Below are positions 9,758 through 19,733 of a stretch of 64,000 nucleotides of DNA, piece after piece. The position numbers and the translations under genes were made by a program. The notes beneath the pieces are model-generated. The model was not told where the DNA came from. It saw only the letters and a list, made by a program, of their open reading frames with translations, and did not search any database. The DNA comes from an uncultured Chthonomonadaceae bacterium (GTDB lineage Bacteria > Armatimonadota > Chthonomonadetes > Chthonomonadales > Chthonomonadaceae), in assembly GCA_963835065.1 (NCBI GenBank), contig CAWIEK010000043.1, forward strand, positions 1 to 64,000. Reading direction: 5' to 3'. The stretch's first letter is position 1, and each line of letters starts with the position of its first letter.

Positions 9758-10447
9758 TTATGCGCGGCTTCTGCGGCTTCTGCGGCGCAGGAAAGCCGCG
9801 CCACTGATACCCAGCCCGCACAGCAGGGATACTGCGCCGGGTTCCGGCACAGCGGTAATGGGCGTCAGCGAAACCGCGTCCAGAAAGGGGCTGCTCCCGC
9901 TCGCAAAACCGGGCGTTCGGTCGGTGAAAACCAGCGGCGTGATGGCGGAATCAGCCGTAAAAAGACTGGTAAACACAACATAGCCATTGGGGCCTGTCTG
10001 TGTGCCAAGCGTGTACGTCTGCGAAGTGGTTCCCAAATCCACCTGCACCGCAGAGGCGGAATTGGTATGAAAAACGTTCTCTTCATTGAGCGCGAAGGAG
10101 AACGTATATTGCTGCCCGGCAACAGTATTCAGATTCTGCGACAGCGTAATGGGCGTGCCATCTCCATTGAGCGAAACGGATTGGCGGCCTGAGTAATAAC
10201 GCGCCACGCCGAAGGGCTGGCCGTACTCCTGATAAAATTGGTTGCCGCCAGTGGGAAATGTCCATCCCGGCAGGGAAAAGCCGCCATTGGTGGAGTAGGC
10301 GTCGCCATTGCCGCTGAATGCGTTCAGTTCAAAATCGCCGTTGACGATGACATTCTGCGCCCGCGCGCCGGACGCGCCGACAAGGGCAAGGGCGCAAAAC
10401 GCGACAAAGCGGAGGTACGCAGCACAAGTGAAAGAAATCAATTTCAT
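9758..10447 (-). CDS. PEP-CTERM surface protein (DUF642/galactose-binding-like)
   Basis: Signal peptide, NVIVNGDFE, C-terminal VPEPG-TM-RRR. Confidence 0.88.
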   Translation of the reverse strand: MKLISFTCAAYLRFVAFCALALVGASGARAQNVIVNGDFELNAFSGNGDAYSTNGGFSLPGWTFPTGGNQFYQEYGQPFGVARYYSGRQSVSLNGDGTPITLSQNLNTVAGQQYTFSFALNEENVFHTNSASAVQVDLGTTSQTYTLGTQTGPNGYVVFTSLFTADSAITPLVFTDRTPGFASGSSPFLDAVSLTPITAVPEPGAVSLLCGLGISGAAFLRRRSRRSRA

Positions 10448-10690
10448 GGTTTGCTCCTGTATCATGGTTGCTGGGGCGCGAACTCTACAGACAACGGGAG
10501 TTGCTGTTGAAAATAGGATAACACCCGACTCCTACACCATCCCTACAGGACAGGCTTATAATCCTGACAAACATACGGGAAGTGTCGGTTTCGGCAGGAA
10601 TTAGCTTGCGATTCAGGCAATAAAGAAGAAGAAAAACGGGGAGGAACGGCGCAAAGCAAAGCAGGTTTCGCGCGGCAGACCAATACCCCG

Positions 10691-13600
10691 ATGAGGCAAC
10701 ACACGATGACGCTGCAAACAAAGTGCCGTATCACGCTGCTGGGCAATGTGTGCGTATGCCTGCCCGACCGCGAAATCACGCGCTTTCGTACGCATAAAAC
10801 CGGCGTATTGCTCGGCTGCCTCGCGCTGCGCCTGCCGGCCCAACTCAACCGCGATACTCTTTTGGAACTGTTCTGGCCCGAACTGGAAACGGAAGCGGCC
10901 CGCAACAATCTCAGTACCGCGCTTAGTTCGCTGCGCGCCCAGTTGGAACCGCCGGATGCCAAAGGCCGCTTACTGCTGGCAGACCGGCTGCAGGTCGGGC
11001 TGAACCCGGAAGCCGTCGTTACCGATGTCATGGAGTTCGAGCGGTTTCTGGATGCCGCGCGCCTCGCGGCAGCGGAAGAAACGGGCGCCGGCCTGCTGGA
11101 ACAAGCCCTCGCCCTGTATCATAACGGCCTCATGCCGGGCTGCTATGACGACTGGATTTTACCGGAACAAACGCGCCTGCGCGAGCGCTGCGCCAATGCG
11201 CTGCGCCAACTGGCACAGGTCTACGGAACGCGAGGCCAGAACGAGGCCGCTCTGAACACCGCGAACCGCCTGATCGCCCTTGATACGCTTGACGAGGAGA
11301 GTTATCAAATTAAAATGCGGCTGCTGCTGCAAGAGGGGCGCGCGGCTGCCGCGCAGGAAACCTTTGAAGCCCTGAAAACCCTGCTGCAGCGGGAACTGGG
11401 GGTCGAGCCGGAAGAAACCACGCGCCGTCTTCTAACCTCGCGGGAGCCGGGACAGGAACAAGCCATGCCTGCGCGGGTATCAACCCTGCGCAGCCTTGCC
11501 ATTCCTGAACCGCCTTCCGCCCCGCCTCCATCCCCCGTCTTGCCGGACGAAAAAGAAGCGTCCGAAGCAAAGAAGTTGGGGGAATGGAAGGCAGGGCAAG
11601 GCGGTTCCTCCGCTCTGGAAACACAAGCCGCGTCCGAAGAAGCGCAAACCTTCCGACCGGAACAGGCCGGAGCGCGGGAAATGGAGACAGCCGCGCCCTT
11701 GCCTCTGCAATTGACGCGCTTTTTCGGACGCCGCGAAGAACTCGACAGGCTGCTGGCCTGGCTGCAGCCGGATAGCGCCTTCGCGAACCCGGAAGAAGCA
11801 GGCGCGGCTGCGCCGCGCCTGGTCACGCTCACCGGGCCGGGCGGCGCGGGCAAAACGCGGCTCGCCCTGGAAGCGGCGGCGCGGCTGTCCCATGCCTACC
11901 GGGGGCGTATACGTTTTGTCGCGCTGGCGGATGTTCCGCATCCCCGCCTGCTTTCCTTCGCGCTGACCCATGCGCTGCGCCTGCCCCCTGCCGCCGATCC
12001 CCTGGAAGGCGCGCTGGAATGGCTGCAAAACGGCCCCTCCCTGCTTGTGCTGGATAATTTCGAGCATCTGCTGGATAGCGAGGAGAAATCCGGCAAGATG
12101 GAACACCGCATTGCTTCTCCCTCCGCAGCCTGGGCGCGGCTGCTGTTGGAACGCGCCCCCGGGCTGACCTGCCTGGTGACTTCGCGGCGCGTATTGGGAT
12201 TGCAGGGTGAACAGGAACTTGCTTTGTCCTCGCTGGCCCTGCCGCGCGGTCCCGCCGATCCCGTCGCGCCGGGAGAATGTGCCAGTGTGGCGCTGTATGT
12301 GGATCGGGCGCAGCAGGCAAAGCCGGATTTCGCGTTGACAGCCGCTAATGCCGAAACCATCGGCGACCTGTGCCGCCGACTGGAAGGGATGCCGCTTGCG
12401 ATTGAAATGGCCGCCGCCTGGACCAAAATCATTACGCCGCATAAAATGCTCGAGCGTATGGAGCATCAACTGGATGTGCTGGTAAGTCGGCGCCGCGACC
12501 TGCCCGCCCGCCATCGCAGTCTGCGGGCCACATGCGAATGGAGTTACGCGCTGCTGTCGGAGGACTTGCAGCGATTTTTCGCGCGCCTGTCGGTGTTTCC
12601 GGGCGGCTGTACCCTGGAATCCGCGGAAGCCGTATGCGGAGGTGACGCGCTGGAACATCTGGCGCGATTGCAGGAACACTCTCTCCTTGTCGTGGAAACG
12701 CCCCGGCAGCCGGAAGAAAGCGCGCGCTATCGCCTGCTGGAACCCCTGCGCGCGTTTGCCGCCGAAAAACTGCGCCAGGGTGAAGATGGACGCGAAACAC
12801 AGGCGCGGTTTGTGGATTATTTCCTTGAGTTCATCATGGCTCTTGCGCCCAAAATGGAAGAAGCGGGTTCCGGCGCGTCGGTAGAGCGGCTTGACGCCGA
12901 GCATCGCAACATCATGGCGGCCTTACGCGGCAGCCTCATTACGGAAAGCAGGATACAAAATCAAGCGGAAGGTGAGCAGATTCAGGCGGGTATGCTGGTA
13001 TCCCGCGCCTTACGCGCCGCGCTGGAACTGCGCCTGTTCTTTACCCACAGGGGCTATCACGAAGAGGCTCTGGATTTTTTTCAAATGGCGCTTGCGCTTC
13101 CCGAACTGCAGCAAAATCAGGAAGCGTATTCCGATCTTCTCAGCGCGGTCGGCAATTGCTTCAAGGACATGGCGCGTTTTGCGGAGGCGTATGCCTTTCA
13201 TACGCGCTGCCTGGCGATCCGGCAGGAATTAGGCGATTCGAAACGAACCGCTGCCACGCTGCATAATATGGGCAACGCGCTGTATGGATTCGGCAAAGAC
13301 AGCGGCAATCGCAAATTGTGCCTGGATGCGATGGCGTATTTGCTTGACGCGCTGCAAATCAATCGTCAAATGGGCAATACGGTATGGGAAGCGTATAATC
13401 TGAATTCGCTCGGCTCGGCGGCAAAAGAATGGGGCGATCTGGAACTCGCCCGGCGTTACTACGAACAGAGTCTGCAATTACGCCGCGAACATAAAAACAT
13501 TCCCGGCATCTCCCATGTATTATTCAATCTGGGCAACCTCGACAGAATACAGGAGGATTACGACCATTCTTTGACGTACTTCCGCGATGCGCTGACAACA

Positions 13601-13894
13601 AGCCTGGAATCCGGCGACCGAGCCACGCTGCTCAGGACGCTGGACTGCATGGCCCTGATTGCTTGCCGCCAACAACAATGGCCGCGCGCCACGATATTAA
13701 TTGGCGCAAGCAGCGCAGCCTTGAACCGCTTTGCGATGCAGCGCATCCCGGAGGAGCAAAGCGGCATCGAAGCCACTGTCCATACCCTTTGCCGACAAAT
13801 GGACGCGGACGCCTATTCCCGCGCGCAGCAGCAGGGAAGCGCTATGAGTTTGGAAGAAATAGCGAATTTCGCTTCTTCTCACGCGATTGTTTAG
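10691..13894 (+). CDS. AfsR/SARP-family regulator (wHTH-BTAD-STAND ATPase-TPR)
   Basis: RDTLLELFWPE...ARNNL wHTH; BTAD; GPGGAGKT; LDNFEHL; LEGMPLAIEMAA; TPRs. Start could be 10706. Confidence 0.92.
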   Translation: MRQHTMTLQTKCRITLLGNVCVCLPDREITRFRTHKTGVLLGCLALRLPAQLNRDTLLELFWPELETEAARNNLSTALSSLRAQLEPPDAKGRLLLADRLQVGLNPEAVVTDVMEFERFLDAARLAAAEETGAGLLEQALALYHNGLMPGCYDDWILPEQTRLRERCANALRQLAQVYGTRGQNEAALNTANRLIALDTLDEESYQIKMRLLLQEGRAAAAQETFEALKTLLQRELGVEPEETTRRLLTSREPGQEQAMPARVSTLRSLAIPEPPSAPPPSPVLPDEKEASEAKKLGEWKAGQGGSSALETQAASEEAQTFRPEQAGAREMETAAPLPLQLTRFFGRREELDRLLAWLQPDSAFANPEEAGAAAPRLVTLTGPGGAGKTRLALEAAARLSHAYRGRIRFVALADVPHPRLLSFALTHALRLPPAADPLEGALEWLQNGPSLLVLDNFEHLLDSEEKSGKMEHRIASPSAAWARLLLERAPGLTCLVTSRRVLGLQGEQELALSSLALPRGPADPVAPGECASVALYVDRAQQAKPDFALTAANAETIGDLCRRLEGMPLAIEMAAAWTKIITPHKMLERMEHQLDVLVSRRRDLPARHRSLRATCEWSYALLSEDLQRFFARLSVFPGGCTLESAEAVCGGDALEHLARLQEHSLLVVETPRQPEESARYRLLEPLRAFAAEKLRQGEDGRETQARFVDYFLEFIMALAPKMEEAGSGASVERLDAEHRNIMAALRGSLITESRIQNQAEGEQIQAGMLVSRALRAALELRLFFTHRGYHEEALDFFQMALALPELQQNQEAYSDLLSAVGNCFKDMARFAEAYAFHTRCLAIRQELGDSKRTAATLHNMGNALYGFGKDSGNRKLCLDAMAYLLDALQINRQMGNTVWEAYNLNSLGSAAKEWGDLELARRYYEQSLQLRREHKNIPGISHVLFNLGNLDRIQEDYDHSLTYFRDALTTSLESGDRATLLRTLDCMALIACRQQQWPRATILIGASSAALNRFAMQRIPEEQSGIEATVHTLCRQMDADAYSRAQQQGSAMSLEEIANFASSHAIV

Positions 13895-14064
13895 CATCTG
13901 TCCGGCTTGATACGAAAAGGGTTCAAGCTAATCTTGATGGCTGTTTTCGTCATGTTCTCAGCATTGTCCTCACCTCAATGGTTTGTTGGCGCAGTTCGGC
14001 GTCTGGCCGCTCGTGAGAATTCTCGCAGCGCGCCCGCGTCGCAGTGCGGAAGGAGTGATGTAAT

Positions 14065-14151
14065 ATGTCTAAACTTGTTACCAATCGCACTGTTTCCCCC
14101 ACACATCACGCGCCGACTGCCGGCTTTGCAATCGCGCTGTGCCGTCGCTAA
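14065..14151 (+). CDS. Putative 28-aa leader peptide MSKLVTNRTVSPTHHAPTAGFAIALCRR
   Basis: GGAAGGAGTG RBS before ATG 14065; followed by hairpins and a terminator before the RIO gene. Confidence 0.45.
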   Translation: MSKLVTNRTVSPTHHAPTAGFAIALCRR

Positions 14152-14260
14152 CTCTCGCATGACAGTTTAGCGAACGTGTCGCCTGACGCCCGCGCCTGAA
14201 ATTACAGGCGTGGTTGTCGCGCGCCGCCACGCGCAGCGAATTTTCCTGCAAACCTATCCG

Positions 14261-14292
14261 AGTCGCGGGCCGATGTGCCTGCGGCTTTTTTT
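14261..14292 (+). terminator. Attenuator-like intrinsic terminator upstream of the RIO kinase
   Basis: AGTCGCGGGC-cgatgt-GCCTGCGGCT followed by a T run. Confidence 0.65.
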
Positions 14293-14438
14293 GTTGAGGG
14301 ATAAGCCAGTGATAAGTGCTGAATGATGAATGATGAGTAAACTGCATCGTGTTATTCATCACTCATCATTCATCATTCAGCATTGTTTGTCCCTCAACTC
14401 TCAATCCTCAACTCTCAACCTTTTGGAGTGCCCAACCG

Positions 14439-15401
14439 TTGACGAACCCATACCACACGGATTTTACAAGCGATTTTGAAGACGTGACCGAACCTGATAG
14501 CAGCGTGGAACAACTGCTGCAAGCCGAACGCTGGAGCCATTACGAGGAAGAAGAGGGCGCGGCGCGGCAGAAAACGCCTGCCGGTCCTAAAGCCGCTGCC
14601 AAGTCTGCCAAAACAAAAGTGTCCGGCACGCGCATCGTGGAACAAAACGAGGAAGGAGAGTACGCGGGGCCGTTTGCCAGTTTCTATGCCGACGAACTGA
14701 TTGTCGGAACGCCCACGCTGGTGAAAAGCGGCAAGGAAGCGACGGTTTACTGCTGTCAGGCGCACCCCCGTATGAAGGCCGCGACGGGACACGACTGGCT
14801 TGCCGCCAAACTCTATCGTTCCCGCGAAAACCGGAGTTTCAAGAACTACAGTGTGTACCAGCAGGGGCGCAGCACGCTGAACACCCGAATGGACAAAGCC
14901 ATCGCCCAGAAATCGGCCAAAGGGCTGGCCGCGCAGTTCGGGCTATGGATTGCGGCGGAATACGAAACTCTGTCGCGCTTGTACGCGGCAGGCGCGGACG
15001 TGCCGCGTCCGTATGCGCAGGCAGAAAGCGCCATTCTCTTTGACTATTACGGCAGGCCGGGAATGGCCGCGCCACAATTGCAGCACATCCGCTTGCGCCC
15101 GGACGAAGTGGCTCCCTTGTTCGCGCAAATGAAGCGCAATCTCGCCCTGTGCATGGAGTGTGACCGCGTACACGGCGACCTATCTCCCTACAACATCCTG
15201 TATTGGGAAGGCGAACTCAAAATCATTGACTTGCCGCAGGCCGTAGACCCGATGGACAACCCGGACGCCTACGACTTGTTCGTGCGCGATGTGGCAAACG
15301 TGTGTGATTACTTCGCCCTGCACGGCCTTGTCACGGACGCCAAGCATCTAGCCCTGTCACTGTGGCTCGATTCGGGACGCCCGCATCCGAGGAAGGGGTA
15401 G
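14439..15401 (+). CDS. RIO1-family atypical kinase/ATPase
   Basis: KSGKEATVY, AAKLYR, HGDLSPYNIL, IIDLPQ; start uncertain (TTG 14439 after GGAG). Confidence 0.9.
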   Translation: MTNPYHTDFTSDFEDVTEPDSSVEQLLQAERWSHYEEEEGAARQKTPAGPKAAAKSAKTKVSGTRIVEQNEEGEYAGPFASFYADELIVGTPTLVKSGKEATVYCCQAHPRMKAATGHDWLAAKLYRSRENRSFKNYSVYQQGRSTLNTRMDKAIAQKSAKGLAAQFGLWIAAEYETLSRLYAAGADVPRPYAQAESAILFDYYGRPGMAAPQLQHIRLRPDEVAPLFAQMKRNLALCMECDRVHGDLSPYNILYWEGELKIIDLPQAVDPMDNPDAYDLFVRDVANVCDYFALHGLVTDAKHLALSLWLDSGRPHPRKG

Positions 15402-15458
15402 GAAGATAAGAGATAAGAGATAAGAGATATGAGTACAAGTCTGTACTACTCATATCTC

Positions 15459-17231
15459 TTATCTCTTATCTCTTATCTCCAACCGGATGGTAACGCGAAC
15501 GCGGGCTTCGGGCGTTTTATCGTTGGCGGAAGGCTTTGGCTTCGCAACGGCAGGCGCAGAAGGCAGAGGCGCGGCTTCCGATTTCATGCGGGAGTGTTGG
15601 GTGGAAGGCGCGACATTCTGCGATTGAGAAGGGTGTCCATTGTTGTCCGTGTCAGTGGTATCCCCTTTCGTGACAGAGTTGACGCCGTTGACGGGAGCGC
15701 CGGCTGCAATGTGGGACTGTGTTCTCCAGGAAGCAGAGGCAAGGGGCTTGCGTTCACCAAGCGCGTCGAGCCGGGACAGCAGGGCAGGCAGGCGACTTGC
15801 AGGAACATCCAACGTCAGCGTAGTCGCCTGCTCGCTATCCCCGGAAGGAATCTCCTTGACGCTTGTAACCACGCCGCCGCTGCTTGTAACCGCCTGATTG
15901 ACGGCAGCGCGGCTTTGCTCCACATTGCCGACAAGCAATAGAATATCGTTATCCGCCTGCTTACGGTAGCGAGATTTCTGCGCAATGGCATGGGAGTTCC
16001 GCGCAAGGGAATGGGACATTTTACCGGATACCGATGCCTTCGCAACTTTGGCAGGGGGAACAGGAGGCCGCATGCCCGCCGCGCTTTTCGAAGCGACAGC
16101 GCCCTTGCTTTGTGGCGTAGTGGTTGCGCCTGACAGCAAATTGGCAGGCGTCTCCATTTTATTTTGATGCGAGCTTGTACTGGCGGCGTCCTCTGCCGGG
16201 CCGTTGACGCCTGATGGCGCGGCAATGCGCGCGGCAGGCGGCACAGGCCGACTTTCACGACGGTTCTGCGCGAGGGCTGCGGGGTTGGAAGCCCTGTTCT
16301 TCTGGGTTTCCGACGTACTCAGGGTGGCAGGGTCAGAGACATTATCCGCAGGCGCATCCTTGTCCGTGGCAAGCGGCGCGGGCGATGCTGTTTTACCGGC
16401 ATACCGCCCCGCAGCGTCGGCAATGAGAGGGGGCGGGATGGACGGCGAAGAAGGGGAAGTCGGCGCAGAATAGAAAGACTTTGCCTTATCTTCACGCGCT
16501 CCGGCAGATTTTGCCGCGCTTGTCTCCTGCGCCGCCACTTCCCCCGCCGCGCTTGCGCTTCCTGTTGTGCCGCTTTCTGCGCTTGCGCTTCCCCCTGTGC
16601 TGCCCCCCGCGTTTGCGCTGCTGCCCGGAGCAATACCCGCGTTTATCTGTGCGGATGCTTTTGGCGCTTCCGGCGTTGCCGCCGAAGAAGCGATAGATGC
16701 CGCCCGCATCGCGGAATTGTCATTCTTCATAAACAGGGGCGACAGCACCACGCATAACAGCAGCGCGGACGCCACCGCTCCCCAAGCCAACACGAGACGC
16801 GGCTTACGGCGCGGACGCGAAACCGCTCTTTCCGCCACAGGCATGGCATGGGGAACGGCAGCCAGAATCCGGGCGCGCAGTTGCGGCGAAAGGGCGTCTT
16901 CCTCCCCCTCCTGTAACCGTTGGCTGAATTCCCGCATAGCCTGCATCTCCTCGCGGCAATGCGCGCAATTGTCCATATGCCTGCGAACGCTTTGCCGCGC
17001 CCACCATCCCAACTGCCCATCCTGATACGCCTTTAATTCCGGCGCAAACGGATCACAGGCGGGGGTTGAGGGGGCAGGAAGTGATGAGTGCTGAGTGATG
17101 AGTGATGAATGGGATTCTGCATTGTGTTCATCATTCATCATTCCGCGTTCAGCATTTCCCACTGTTCCCTGTTCCCTGTTCCCTGTTCCCTGTGTCTCCT
17201 CTTCTTCTTTTCTTCTTTTCTCTTCACTCAC
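15459..17231 (-). CDS. Zinc-finger (zf-HC2/ZAS) anti-sigma factor with TM and low-complexity extracytoplasmic region
   Basis: HMDNCAHC (HxxxCxxC); TM helix; GTG start overlaps the sigma gene stop (GTGA coupling). Confidence 0.8.
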   Translation of the reverse strand: MSEEKRRKEEEETQGTGNREQGTVGNAERGMMNDEHNAESHSSLITQHSSLPAPSTPACDPFAPELKAYQDGQLGWWARQSVRRHMDNCAHCREEMQAMREFSQRLQEGEEDALSPQLRARILAAVPHAMPVAERAVSRPRRKPRLVLAWGAVASALLLCVVLSPLFMKNDNSAMRAASIASSAATPEAPKASAQINAGIAPGSSANAGGSTGGSASAESGTTGSASAAGEVAAQETSAAKSAGAREDKAKSFYSAPTSPSSPSIPPPLIADAAGRYAGKTASPAPLATDKDAPADNVSDPATLSTSETQKNRASNPAALAQNRRESRPVPPAARIAAPSGVNGPAEDAASTSSHQNKMETPANLLSGATTTPQSKGAVASKSAAGMRPPVPPAKVAKASVSGKMSHSLARNSHAIAQKSRYRKQADNDILLLVGNVEQSRAAVNQAVTSSGGVVTSVKEIPSGDSEQATTLTLDVPASRLPALLSRLDALGERKPLASASWRTQSHIAAGAPVNGVNSVTKGDTTDTDNNGHPSQSQNVAPSTQHSRMKSEAAPLPSAPAVAKPKPSANDKTPEARVRVTIRLEIRDKR

Positions 17232-17875
17232 CGGCGTTTCTCCCCGCCCGCCCTGGATGGCTGCGCCTGTGTCGTGCCTGTTGGCAGGGTGGTACCGGTC
17301 ACGGCTTTGTTGGTTTCGCCGGGTTCGGGATTGCCTTCCACGTAGCCGCTCAGTAAATCGCGCAAGCGCCGAAAGGCCGTGAACATGCGTGACTTTACGG
17401 TTCCTACCGGTATTTGTAAAATTTGGGCGCACTCCTGGTACGACAATCCCTGTAATTCGCACAAGACCACGACATTGGCATGGCCGGGCGATAATTGGTG
17501 CAGCGCGTGTTGTATCTGTTCCGAAAGTTCGCGTTTGGCCGTGTGCTGAGAAGGGTCGGCATGCCAGTCGGAGTCGGGCAACACCTGTTCATCCAGCGGC
17601 AAATTGTCGCCGCGCTTGCGCTGGCAATGGCGCAGGCAATGGTTCACGGTGACGCGGTAAACCCAGGTTGAAAGCGAGGAGCGTCCGCGAAAACTGCCGA
17701 TGCTGCGGTGCAGGTCGCAAAACACTTCCTGCGTCACGTCCTCGGCGTCGGTCGGATTGGTGACGTAGCGGCGCACAAGCCGATGGACGCGCCCGCCATA
17801 GGCATCTACGAACTCCTCGAATGCCTGTCGCTCGCCCTGCTGCCAGCGCCGGACCAGTTGTTTTTCGTCCTGCAT
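17228..17875 (-). CDS. ECF RNA polymerase sigma factor
   Basis: DAEDVTQEVF, STWVYRVTVNHC, GLSYQECAQILQIPVGTVKSR. Confidence 0.95.
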   Translation of the reverse strand: MQDEKQLVRRWQQGERQAFEEFVDAYGGRVHRLVRRYVTNPTDAEDVTQEVFCDLHRSIGSFRGRSSLSTWVYRVTVNHCLRHCQRKRGDNLPLDEQVLPDSDWHADPSQHTAKRELSEQIQHALHQLSPGHANVVVLCELQGLSYQECAQILQIPVGTVKSRMFTAFRRLRDLLSGYVEGNPEPGETNKAVTGTTLPTGTTQAQPSRAGGEKRR

Positions 17876-17945
17876 GTAGGTTCGTTCCCGACAATACGCG
17901 CCCCGGCGGATTGCGCCTATCCGTACTTTCGCTTCCTCCAACCCG

Positions 17946-17973
17946 TTAGGTACATCCCACGCCCAAAAAGTTC
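17946..17973 (-). promoter_or_regulatory. Putative autoregulatory ECF promoter
   Basis: GAACTT-N16-ACCTAA about 70 nt upstream of the ECF sigma start. Confidence 0.5.
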
Positions 17974-17990
17974 ACGCGCCGTCATTTATA

Positions 17991-18076
17991 CTACCGGCGT
18001 GTGAGAAGTTCGTCTTGTAGGGGCTTGATTCATCACGCCGATTTTGGTGCATCTTGAATTTTCGACACGCCGGTAG
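17991..18076. mobile_element. MITE-like element, copy 2
   Basis: TA|CTACCGGCGTGT...ACACGCCGGTAG|TA perfect 12-bp TIR; internal GTAGGGGC REP-like motif. Confidence 0.65.
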
Positions 18077-18156
18077 TACAAGAGTAACAACACAAAAAGC
18101 AGCATCTGCCGAGAAGCGATGCTGCTTTCTGAAGCGTTTTGCGCAGGCGAAGCCTG

Positions 18157-18507
18157 TTACTTGTCGCTGTCGCCCTTCGGCTTGCCCTGTGCCGTATGGT
18201 TTATGTCTTTGGACGTCTGGTTAGCCATGCGATTCGTGTGCTTGGAAGCGCGATTGGTGTCGCGGTTGGCGCTTTTGGAGGCCCGGTTCAGATCGCGGTT
18301 CGCGCTCTTAGAAGCGCGGTTAGTATCCCGATTTGCGCTCTTGGACGCTTTGTTCAAATTTCGATTGGCGCTTTTGGACGATTTATTCAGGGAGCGGTTC
18401 AAGTGCGCGGTCGCGTGTTTCAGGTCGTTCTTATCGTCGGCGCGAACCGGCAGCGTATACAAGCCTGCCAGCGCGCAAGCCAGGAACGGAAGTAGTCGTA
18501 ATTTCAT
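18157..18507 (-). CDS. Secreted small protein with 11-residue tandem repeats
   Basis: Signal peptide ending VRA-DD; repeats of NRASKSANRD(L/T) (33-bp DNA units); terminator hairpin at ~18095-18130. Confidence 0.8.
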   Translation of the reverse strand: MKLRLLPFLACALAGLYTLPVRADDKNDLKHATAHLNRSLNKSSKSANRNLNKASKSANRDTNRASKSANRDLNRASKSANRDTNRASKHTNRMANQTSKDINHTAQGKPKGDSDK

Positions 18508-18860
18508 GATTGCTATGTATCCTCACGATGTTAGTTTCATTGGCAACAAACAAAAAGCGCAGACAGGCGGCGTCGCCCATGCTTTTATCTGCTTACTTTT
18601 AGATGGCATCCGTCCTGTTGCGGCGTCCGGCGGATTGCGCGGAAGTCTGACGGTAAGCATAGCGGTTTTGTTCCCGTTAATTCTTCCAGTCTGATGCGCT
18701 TTCTGCGGCACATTTTGAAAGATTTTCTATTTTTATGTCGGGCTGTATTGACGGCGAACAAAGATAACGAGTATCATAGCGGTGTTATTCTTTCCAATAC
18801 ACTTCGGCAGTACCTCTCAACGCTCGTAGTAATTCTTCTCACGCAGGAGCAGTCACGATC

Positions 18861-19733
18861 ATGTTGCTTGCCGTAAAATTCCGCCTGTTGCTGGCGGTAT
18901 TCCTTCTGTGTAGTATGGTTCCTGCTGCAAACGCGCAGCTTTATGGCCTGTCCTCCAGCACCCCCGGCAGCCTGTACGCGCTGGATAGCGCCACAGGAGC
19001 CGCCACCTTTATCACCAATATCTTCGGAGCGCAGCAGACAACCCTGGTCGGCCTGGCCTTTCTGGACAGCAGGCTGTATGTCAGCGATGTACTGAATCTG
19101 GCCGGCACGGACTATACGTTCGGCGTTCTGAACCCGCTTACAGGCGCGTATGCGCCCCTCAACAATCAGGGCGGCTCTGCAAACTGGCAGGCACTGACGC
19201 GCAATCCCAATGCCGACGTGCTGTACACCGTTGACAATGACGCGGCAGGCGAGCCACTATTAACCGTCACCGCATCGGGCGCGATTGCCACTGTGGGAAA
19301 CACAGGGCTTGGCGATGATGTGGGTGGGCTGGCGTATGTCAATGGCATCTTGTATGCCGTTACGTCCGACGGCGTGGGAAGCAATGCCCTGTATACGCTG
19401 GACACAAGCACGGGAACCGCGACTCTGATCGGCGCTCTGGGCATCTTCAGCACCCGCTATGACCTTGCCTACGATTCTGACAGCGGAATGCTGTGTTTGA
19501 ATACTGGCACGGACAACACTGCTGCCGACAATCAGTTGTATACCATTGACACGGCGTCCGGCGCGGCTGCGGCAGTCGGGGCCAACGGCGCAACGGCAGG
19601 ATTCGGCATAGACGGCCTGGCCTACCGCCCAACGGACATTACATTCGTCCCGGAACCCGGCGCATGGAGTTTGTGCGGCGCAGGCCTGGCCTTGCTTGCC
19701 ATGAACGCGACTCGCAAGCGGCTGATCAGATAA
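18861..19733 (+). CDS. PEP-CTERM surface protein (beta-propeller-like repeats)
   Basis: Signal peptide, repeated LY(T/A)(L/I)DxxTGxAT motifs, VPEPG-TM-RKR tail. Confidence 0.88.
   Translation: MLLAVKFRLLLAVFLLCSMVPAANAQLYGLSSSTPGSLYALDSATGAATFITNIFGAQQTTLVGLAFLDSRLYVSDVLNLAGTDYTFGVLNPLTGAYAPLNNQGGSANWQALTRNPNADVLYTVDNDAAGEPLLTVTASGAIATVGNTGLGDDVGGLAYVNGILYAVTSDGVGSNALYTLDTSTGTATLIGALGIFSTRYDLAYDSDSGMLCLNTGTDNTAADNQLYTIDTASGAAAAVGANGATAGFGIDGLAYRPTDITFVPEPGAWSLCGAGLALLAMNATRKRLIR

Noticed and set aside
11480..12904. Long antisense ORFs (also 530-1174, 42259-43053, 43561-44427, 46119-47240)
   Set aside because: Shadow ORFs of GC-rich genes, with no motifs or RBS.
14349..14438. Extended N-termini of ORFs (RIO, GH5 19766, amt 43117, EEP 51809, ceramidase 30864)
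   Set aside because: They are translations of intergenic repeats; better RBS-supported starts lie downstream.
18220..18400. 33-bp tandem repeats as a CRISPR array
   Set aside because: Contiguous coding repeats with no spacers.
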